Origin: Antedon mediterranea
Lineage: Eukaryota; Animalia; Echinodermata
Length of the DNA stretch: 64,000 nucleotides
Assembly (NCBI RefSeq): GCF_964355755.1
Contig: NC_092673.1
Span: forward strand, 434,001-498,000
Direction: 5' to 3'
The notes under the pieces are model-generated. The model saw only the letters and a list, made by a program, of their open reading frames with translations, ran no database searches and was not told where the DNA came from. This document shows, piece by piece, positions 54,669-64,000 of this stretch (position 1 is the stretch's first letter; each line of letters starts with the position of its first letter). Made by a program: the position numbers and the translations under genes.

Positions 54669-57600
54669 CTGTAAAGAAAAAAAAAGATTAATTATCAATT
54701 TCTAATAGTGCCATCATTAACAGTTATGTCATCAGGATTCATTATAACAATTTAAGTATTATCATGAATGTGAGAACAGTCAACAATTGAATTAGAAATA
54801 CTAATTTAGACATCATTAATGCAATGTAATTTGAAATGATTTGAAAAATATGATATGGTACTTGATGCGAAAACCCATAATGAGAATTGATGTATATGTC
54901 AGAGGTTAAAGCACTCTTGACGTTCAGACAGTAGGGGATGTTAGTAGTGAGAATTATGGTGATCGGGTGATCACTCTGGAACATATTACGCAGAACACCT
55001 TTAGCGATGAACTACAAACAAAAAACTTAGATTGATTGATGAAAAACAACATTAAAGAAATCAATCTATTGAAAGTAATTCCCGACTAACTCAAAGCAAA
55101 TTGAATACATGACAGTTCAAACTGGTCCGAATGATCCTGTCATTCTAAATTATATCATTTTGTGCTGTGCAGTTACGACGGGAAAAGATAGAAATTGGAA
55201 CCAAACAAGCACAGTATAATCACTTGTAAAAACATAAAAGTACATTTGTACTACTTTAATCTATCATTTTCCAAGAAATGTTCATGTGGTAGAAAAAAAT
55301 TATATAAATAATCATAATACTAATAGAATATATTGCTGAAATAGGTTGAAAAATGTACACATGTTTCAGTGCAAATTGATTCTTGCAACTAACAGTACTC
55401 TACCCCTAGGCATAACTTAGCATAAAACAAATGACTGAAGTCTCGCCATTTATTGTGACACCAGTCTACTCTGTGGAAAGTTTTAACACTTTACAACCAT
55501 TTTAAGCTTGATAAGATAATGAAATGTTACATTCCAACAAAACGTTAAACAATTGAATATGATAATTGACAACTAGATATTAATGACCTTCAACAACATT
55601 TGCTTAATTGATTTTGCTGTATTTTTACCAAAATATGCTTTGCCCAGTTGCTACTGTATTTGATTTGGCAGAGGTAAAGCTTTAATATATGATAGAGAAG
55701 CGTAGCGAGAATTTAATAGGTATTGTGTCTGAGCTAGGACAACTGTTGCATTGTAAAGTTATCCTCATCAATTGGTATACAAATGAACATTGAAAATGTA
55801 TAAGCACAAACTGATGGTGTAATCTGTTGTTCTCAGACACAATAAATACTGAGTAATGTACAGTATTAAATTACTCATATTCAGGTCTCGGAGTGGAATT
55901 TGTTGATGTAATTATTCTTGACAATATTCAATAGAATTTGACTTGTGTAGAACTATTAGTGTTAAATAGCCCAAATGTTGTTATTTCTAACCTTGTCTCA
56001 GTCCAACACCATAGTTTTGGAGCGATTTAGTACATATCAATAAAAACTAAAAAGTGTTATTATGTGAGAGGAAGTATTTAGCAACCTATATTTTTATTAG
56101 AGATTCCAGAAACAAATCTTCCTTTAATATATTTGTATAGAGTGTTTTGCTAGAACTCCATAGGGATGATTAAATCCTAAACAGAAATAAGGTTGTAATG
56201 TTGAGGCTCCACCACCACAAGGCAAATTGTTCGCCTTTTTGTTCGTAACACAAGTGCTACCGTATCAATATCAGGATCAATTCTAAAACGTACAACCAAC
56301 ATAAGTTGAAGAATACCGATGCTTAGAGTACGTACGCTTAGACCGTAACATCTGCCAAAGCACCAAGGCTTAATGCAAGGCAGCGTACGCTTGACCAGAC
56401 GGTAAAAAAGATTCCATTGATGTGAAATATACGGCGTATGATTCGGGTACTGAGTGACATAGTAATATCATTGGACGTCGTCGTAACAGTGCCGTCAGAA
56501 TTTTATGATGTGGAAACGTTTTTGAAAATTTTGTTTATTTGAAAAGTTTCAATAGGAATATGAGCTGAATATAAATGCATGAATGACTTAACATCTTGAA
56601 AATAATTCAATTTAGCAATATTAGGCTCAAACAAGCATTTTTAACAATAGTTTGAAGAAAGATATTGTATAGGCCTATTAACAAGGTTAATAAACTTTAC
56701 ACTTTAATTGATATGTAAAATAAAATCATTGTAGGCCTACATTATACCACACCTACTGTATGCAATACATTACATAGGTTAAAAAAAACTTTTATAACTA
56801 AAAATATGGTATTATTTTTTTGTTACCTACTGTATAAAAAAGGGTAAATATATTTATAATATAAATAAATATCATGATTCAACATATCTTGATATCTTAA
56901 TATAATAGAACTCATTATAAGTTATAAAAACACAAGGTTTGTTTAGTGACATTTTCTTAATGATTTCATTGCAAAAAAAAAATCGGAACTCGTTTTAATA
57001 TAATATTATCACAAATTAACATTTTTATTTGAAATCCTTTAATACAGCCTCCAGCAAATATTTATACTTAAACCATAAAGAACAGGTACTTGAAAGTTGT
57101 AGGATTTCTAATCTAAAGAAACTTGATATTTCTGAGTGTTATAACTATTCAAATGACATCAAAGAGTGAAACCCCAAATTCTTTTACTAAGGCTTAAAAA
57201 GGTAAACCTTTTGCAGTCAATAGATGTCCCCCAGGCAAATGGACGATTTAGATATTGACATAACTTCAATAAATACTATTGGAGTTACAATTCCACAAAT
57301 CAAATTTCATCAAATGCGTTTGTACATTTCCGAAAACGACAAATGGAAGGTTTTATACGGAGGAAATTCTGTCGTTACAAAGAAACCATTGTGTAGGCGA
57401 ATAATTCTGATTTTATATCAAAGAAAGAAATTTATTTTAGAAATATTTCGTAATATGACTGATTAGTCATAGATCCTTATCTTAAGTGTAAAAATGCCTG
57501 TAAACGTAGATTTATTCTTTCTATGACAAACTAATATTAAGGTGTTTAAATTTTTAATTACTTTAGCCCTGCGGTGTCTGTTTAAATCTTTCAGGTCAGA

Positions 57601-59177
57601 CGCACAACCCGCCTACTTCAATTGTTTAACGAAAGGAAGCATGCTGTGAGGTATATATCAATAAGTAAAATCTAATTGAACTATTGATAACAGCTTTTTG
57701 ATTACTAACTACAGTACTTAAATTACGGTAAAGATTATGTTAGAAATAGCTTTTTTTTTTATTTAGAAAAAAAGATAATTTTAAATGAGTTCCTACTGTA
57801 AATAGTAATTGTGAATACCGCAAGTTGGTAAAGATATACAATTTAACAAAAATTAATATTTATTTTTATATTTTCAAATTAAGCACCAAGCTAATTTCAA
57901 AAGGAAACTCCTGATTTTGAATGAACCTCTAACTTAAAGGGAGTGACACAGCGAAAAAGATATCTTTCTCGGAAACAGGTAATTTAATAAATAACATACT
58001 TAAAACCACTAATTTCTTTCACCTGCTGTTTATTTATTTTTAAAATAAATTGTTACGGTTAGGGTACTAATTCAAAACTGTAATATGAGCCTTTTCTCAA
58101 CATTCAATCAATTAATAGTCATATAATATAGGGGTTAAAAAATGTTTTAAAAAAAACACACCAATTACCGTCAATCATTATCTTTATCCACGAAAAATGG
58201 GAAAATATATTTTGTAATTATATTCTACTACGGTATATCTTTTTATGTTTGAAATAGTTGCATAGGAAAATATGCTCCTTTTTCCTGTTGCCTGTCTAAA
58301 ATATTTCCTAAGTAGGCATTAACTTTATTAACAAGGGCTATAAGAAGTGTATTGGAAGTAAACACTTCCTATAACCGAAAATACAAGATTATAAAATAAG
58401 GACAACATAATATGGGCAATGTAATAGACCATACAACTGAAATATTTGTCAATTTATTGCGACAATTCAATTTCAATAATCTTACAGGAAACTCTTCAGC
58501 GTAGATTGGTTTTCCGCGTGATAATCAGCAAGGGATAAGGATAAAAAAAAAAAAACTTGGTTTGATAATTTAGAAAACAAACCAAAGTGTTATACTATAT
58601 TACCGATAAGTTAATAAGCATCTTATATAGTAAAATAATAAAGAAAAAAAGACTATCATTTTTTAATCAACTTTTTATTTTGAAATATTTTTTTTTATAA
58701 CTACCGTATTGTATCATGTGTATTTAATAGTAATTTAGTAATCAAATATGAAGTAAGTATTTAAGTACATTGATATAGATACTATATTACCAATATTGAT
58801 TATTACCAACAGCTTATAAAATGCACCGGATGTTAACTAGTAATGTTACAACATTAAAACGTGTTTTGTTTATTAAAGTTGGTTTTTACAAGGACTTTGA
58901 TTAAGTAGACAAAATACTTGAGTCAGCATTTAATTGGAATAACCTGAAGGGTAATGTGGTTTTGATGACGTTAATAAGATGAGGACCGACCAAATGGTCC
59001 TGATGTCAAAAGGATTTTTAATATAAATATATTAAAACATCAATAAAATCTAGCAAACTTATTAAGTAGCAGGCAGAAATAAGATAAATGACTTTGAATT
59101 TTATATTATATTATTATTTTTATTATAATTATAATAAAAAATATGGGAAACTGAGGTTAATTAAAGAACAACCTTAC

Positions 59178-59274
59178 CTCCAGATTCTGCTTTAACTTCA
59201 GATTTTAATATTGTAATATATAGTAGAGCAGAACACAGCAAGAATCCTCTTGGTCGCCTGCTTCCCTCGGCCAT
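59178..59274 (-). CDS. Secreted CRD-Ig-CRD-EGF-EGF protein, coding exon 1, signal peptide (MAEGSRRPRGFLLCSALLYITILKSEVKA/ESG)
   Basis: Kozak-like AAGATGG, basic n-region, hydrophobic core and V-K-A cleavage motif. Acceptor TTTCAG at 59291 implies an upstream UTR exon. Donor G|GTAAGG, phase 1. Confidence 0.8.
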
Positions 59275-59794
59275 CTTAAAAAACGTATCTCTGAAATGAT
59301 AACAAAATTCAGCATAAAATAGCTTTATAACTAATGAATATTACAACAGTTAAAATTAATGAAATGTATAACGCAATTCAAAACAAAAGTATGCTTTCAA
59401 ACAAAGTGGAAAATCTGTTAAGTCCTTCTATTGTCCACTTAATCTTAAGCGATTTAAAACACCAGTGACTGTGCGAGACACAATAATCACTCAAAACAAT
59501 TTTAATGAAATTCTTGAGGTAATTTAAGTTTTCACTTTTAAAGTTGTGATCAGATGTCACCAATTTCGTTTAAATAATTTGCACGACCTCAATTTACTTC
59601 TCAGTGTGATCATATGAAGGCATTGACACACTTAACACCAAGCCTTTAGCGTGTTAGTGATGGGGTTTAATTAAGGGGAACCCTTGTTAAACTCATCTAG
59701 CCTAGGGCTGTTTGGAACAATAACATCTTGCAGCATGACGTTTATCTTATATTTATTATGACACCTATAACAACATACTTATACAAATATATAT

Positions 59795-59963
59795 AAACAT
59801 ATTAGGCATAGAACATTAATTCTAAACCTCCCAGTGATATATTGAAATTTAATTAATTAATTTGAAACGACAAGATGAGGAAATCTGTGAGAATGAGAAA
59901 AAGTCGCCCCAATCGAGATTTGAACCCGGACTTTCTGCATAATATGCAGATGTCCTAACCATT
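59795..59963 (-). mobile_element. tRNA-related repeat (SINE-like), copy 1, TA-flanked
   Basis: Near-identical to 61034-61195; minus-strand B-box GGTTCAAATCT. Confidence 0.7.
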
Positions 59964-60604
59964 ATATATATACTGTACTGTACTACTATAACAAAATGAT
60001 GAATGAGTGCTACACTGCTAGTGTCTGTATTAGGAAATTAATGGAAATAAACATTTATTACAGTAGTCTATAAGTTCTATCAAAAACACCGTAATATGCA
60101 TTTTACCTGTAAAGATTTCAGTAGAAAAAGATATATATTTCCTATCCAAATGTTGTCAGCACCTTTTAAAATAATATTCCGTTAAACATGTAAGATCCAA
60201 TGATGTAGAATCAATCTAATAGACCGTTTGAACTGCAAACAACAATAGTAATACTGTCATAAACTGTCTACAATGAATATCTCCAATATTCTACACTTTC
60301 CTTGAGCAATTATGGTACCACCAGTGTCCTGTAATTGCCGAGTTCTACCATCCAAGTAAAAGAATCTGTTTTAGCCCTGTCTTTATCAAACAGAATACAC
60401 AACACTGTTTTTGGATATTTTTCTACTGTTAAACCTAACCTGGGGCATGTGCTTCTGAACACAGGAAAGAAAGAACAACAATGAACAACAGAGTGTATAC
60501 ACTTCAATGACTGTCAACAATTCAATCTATATACCTCGTACTGTTCCAATACTCAATGCATGACTTGTAAATGGAAAGTCTCCCTCCCTCAAGCTAAACA
60601 GCTA

Positions 60605-60658
60605 ATTGGCCAATCATCACTAGCCTCTGATTGGTCTGTCTGGTTTATTGATCCCGCC
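60605..60658 (-). promoter_or_regulatory. Candidate promoter of the secreted-protein gene
   Basis: ATTGGCCAAT (CCAAT on both strands) at 60605, TGATTGG at 60628 and CCCGCC at 60653, 1.3 kb upstream of the ATG exon, which needs an upstream non-coding exon. Confidence 0.4.
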
Positions 60659-60995
60659 TATTTACTGGAGCATGATCAATCCTACACTCTAGAATACCAC
60701 AAAGTTAAAATCCAGTTCAAGAAAGTGTGTATGTGCTGTTTGCAGGCAAAGTGAATTAAATAGATTTTGAATTTGAACAAAATTAGATATGTTTATGTTT
60801 TTTAAAAAGGTAATTATAATAAAATAAAATTGTATAAAATAAACCAAGAAAACGAATCTTATATTTAGTAACAAGCTAACTTAATTAGTAGCAAAATATA
60901 ATTCTTTAAAATGACAAAATGTGTGTATTTTAATGCTTATGTTGGTTTATAGATTAATTAAACTTAATTAATATTTAGCATACCTAATATATGGA

Positions 60996-60997
<2 letters not shown>

Positions 60998-61034
<37 letters not shown>
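60998..61034. repeat. (TA)n microsatellite (others at about 36157-36186 and 61297-61326)
   Basis: Direct reading. Confidence 0.95.
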
Positions 61035-61037
<3 letters not shown>

Positions 61038-61195
61038 ACAACAGGCAAAGAACATTAATTCTAAACCGCCCGGTGATATACTGAAATTTAATTAATTAAT
61101 TTGAAACGATAAAGATGAGGAAATCTGTGAGAATGAGAAAAAGTCGCCCCAACCGAGACTCGAACTCGGACCGCCTGCTTGATATGCAGATGTCT
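61034..61195 (-). mobile_element. tRNA-related repeat (SINE-like), copy 2, embedded in (TA)n
   Basis: Minus-strand B-box GAGTTCGAGTCTC; (TA)n runs on both sides. Confidence 0.7.
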
Positions 61196-61289
61196 ATATA
61201 TATATATAGTGCGACCAGCTACATGCTGGTCGTACGAAACAAATTTGTAGTGATTAAAACAATGAAGTAACCAAGTTTTCTGCTGTTAT

Positions 61290-61330
<41 letters not shown>

Positions 61331-63714
61331 GTTTGCCAATGATTATGCATCTGTGAATTTAAAACTACAGTAAGGTTTAGAAATGTCTAAAAAAAAATTG
61401 TTTATCCACCTGTAAAAAAGTGATAATTGTAAACAAACTTTTTATAATAAAACATAATTGAGACCAGCATGAAAAAAGTTAAGAAGATGACACGACGTCT
61501 CATCCGATTAAACTCAAAGCTCTTGATACATCATTGCTCTTCTTCCCCAATTAACGGAGGTGTTCAAGTTCACTAGCATCCAGCTGATCTTGCAAGCTGC
61601 GTTTAACGCAAACTAGACCTTAGATGATGTACTTCCTGTTGACCTTCACAGATTGGATAGCACCTTTTATTGCTGGATGACACACACATCAAGATGGTTA
61701 TCAGTGAATGTCATACGGATATGTTCACCAAGAAACACTGCTATGACTAAATACTTGCCGTATGTATCGCTTAATTAATAATACGGATAGAAATATTCTG
61801 AATATTTATAAAATAAGGCAAATTTCCATTCGAATATAATTTGATTATATATTGAGTCCAAGTCATTAAGTTTCTTATAAAGTTAAAAACTTTACAAACA
61901 CATTTTTTCTCCTCCTAAAATTATTGTTTTCAGTTTACAAATGGGACGTAATAATCAGATTGGTTCTCCATCTGGTTAAAACTGTATTGCTACCTCAGTG
62001 CTAAGATTGTGGAATTCTTACTTAAGTCCATGTTAAGCTCTTTTGACTTTTATATAGCATTGATCATAAGTTGCGAACATAAATCATACTAGGTTTGGTA
62101 GTGAAAGTCTCACAGATCACAGTCACAGTTATTTTGTTTTAATTTTAAAATGGCAACTGTTTAACATTATTGTTGTAATATAAGTCTCCTCTTTGTTACC
62201 ATTTTAGGTTGTTTAGTTAATAAGCAATAAACAATAGTACAAATATACTTGATTGGTTAAAGGTGGAATAGTTGGTTGAATAATGATCAATTTTATGAAA
62301 CTCAATCCTACTAAAATGTTACGTTATCATATTGAAGGAATAAACATGGCAAAACATTACCAACTAAATATGGAGTTGTTACCATTTGTAAATTTTTCTG
62401 TGGCAATCCAATATCTAGGAAAAGAAATTAGTTGCCAGCCCACCAATTAATGTTTGTATTGGCAGATAATCAGCTAGTATGTAATGTAATTGAAATACTG
62501 CAAAGTGAAAGATTCTGGTTTCAAATCTGTGACATCGCCAACGAGTTGAGTAAATATATCGCGGCAAACATGAAGTTAAAAACAAAATCTGTTCTGAACC
62601 AATTAAGGGAACTAATTTACAACTTAGTAAGCCAACCTAAAATCAAATTCATTTTGTAGTTCTTGAAATTCAAATTTATTTCTGAAGGTTTCATTTCATA
62701 TAATGTTTAAGTGTCAATTAATTGGTAGGAAATTTATTGGAATGAGCAAGAGCAGGTGGCCTGTTAGATACTAATGGGTACGAATTCTGTCTCCACAGGT
62801 GCCCTCCTTTCACTAAGACATTTTTAAAGCATAAACTTTTGACTGGCAGTTACTGTCTTGTTTGACAGTAGTATAATCTTAATGTATTTGAGACGTCTGT
62901 GAGTTACAGCAATTGAGAAGTATAGACATACTATACTATATAAAAAAATTTACAAACTTCACTATCTTTCTTTATTTATAGAACTTAATTTGAAATTAGT
63001 TAAATTTTAAGGGATTTCCTAGAAAGGAAAGGACCAATGTATACTGTATGTAGAATAGAATGCAAACTAATGGTAAACCAGTGGGAATTAATTGATTGAT
63101 AATTGACATTGCGGAAGTAGTATAAATATTGTTCTAAATTTCTATATTTTACTATTAATTTAAAACAGTCAAAAGTTTAAACATTTATTGGTGTAGATTT
63201 TGGTTATAGTATTTGACATAAAAGCAAAAAGATTATATACGAAATGAGAGTACACTGGATACAAGTTGAAATCAATAATTTTGAAAAGGATGATTGATAA
63301 ATTTTCCATTATATTTAGTTTGTGACTACTACATGAGCTTTGATACGTATGCCCTTGTTTTAATGTAGAAGTAAGGTCAACATTGTAAAAAACTGTAAAA
63401 CCAATCATTCATAATCTCTTGCATTTATCTTACTTAATAAGATATTCAACTGGTTTATTGCATGTAATTGAAATGTCGGAAGTTGGAACAAAACACAAAA
63501 CATGTTTCATTAATTTACAGGTGGATCAAGAATGAATAGCAGTGTCTACATTGGCAAATCAAACAAGGTTGTGTTAATTGACTGACATTTTAATTGACAA
63601 ACTAATTGAAACATTGTACTACTGTTATTACATCATAAGATTTACTCTTGGAAATCTGTAAAATGAAGGCTGAATAATGATGAGTGAAGTATCTGATGCC
63701 AAGATTATTAAATA

Positions 63715-63873
63715 CGGTAAAACTTAAGTGAAATGGACACAACTTTAGAACCCAATAAAGTGTCTCTTAAATAGAGGTCGTAGGTAGTGCAGTGCATTTC
63801 CTCTTGTCGATTCATAGGAAAATGTCCCCTTAATAGGGGTCCATTGAATGCCCCAATGGAGGGGTTTACACTG
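63715..63873. mobile_element. Tc1/mariner (pogo/Tigger-like) MITE; related fragment at about 37890-38090
   Basis: TA-CGGTAAAAC...GGTTTACACTG-TA termini with internal TGTCCCCTTAATAGG sub-repeats. TCGATTCATA and TGTCCCCTTAATAGG are shared with the intron between the two Ig exons. Confidence 0.55.
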
Positions 63874-64000
63874 TATGTTGAAACATGTTTGTATAACAGG
63901 GTTATTAATAAATTGTATGAAGAAATGTGCTTTTTTAATACAGGCATAATATGGTACTAAATGTCAAAAATTTCTAATCAGCAATTTACAATGCTGACAC

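Noticed and set aside
19995-59274. WIF1/Shifted or VWDE ortholog
   Set aside because: No WIF or VWD domain is visible; only the EGF repeats are similar.
3259-63947. Remaining 60-110-aa ORFs in the track
   Set aside because: They have AT-biased composition (I/F/L/K/N/Y), no motifs and no supporting splice structure; several fall within MITEs or SINEs.

Overview
This is AT-rich eukaryotic (metazoan) genomic DNA with GT-AG introns. It is probably from an invertebrate deuterostome such as an echinoderm, though that is inference. I reconstructed three protein-coding genes by hand. (1) The 5' part of a divergent aryl-hydrocarbon-receptor-like bHLH-PAS gene on the minus strand, with 6 coding exons from 12999 to 190, continuing off the left edge. 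(2) An intronless AP-5 sigma subunit gene (AP5S1, 1836..2456, +), nested antisense in intron 3 of the AhR-like gene, with its own compact CCAAT/GC/NRF1/ETS promoter. (3) A complete 10-exon minus-strand gene (ATG 59274 to TGA 19995; 1551 nt, 516 aa) for a secreted modular protein: signal peptide, an unrecognised ~135-aa Cys-rich domain, an Ig I-set domain, a second copy of the Cys-rich domain, two WIF-type EGF repeats and a Lys-rich tail. Non-coding DNA holds 8 copies of a Harbinger-type MITE, other non-autonomous DNA transposons, tRNA-derived SINEs, a decayed Penelope-type hammerhead, minisatellites and a G-quadruplex tract. Most short ORFs in the supplied track are spurious or are exons read through into introns.
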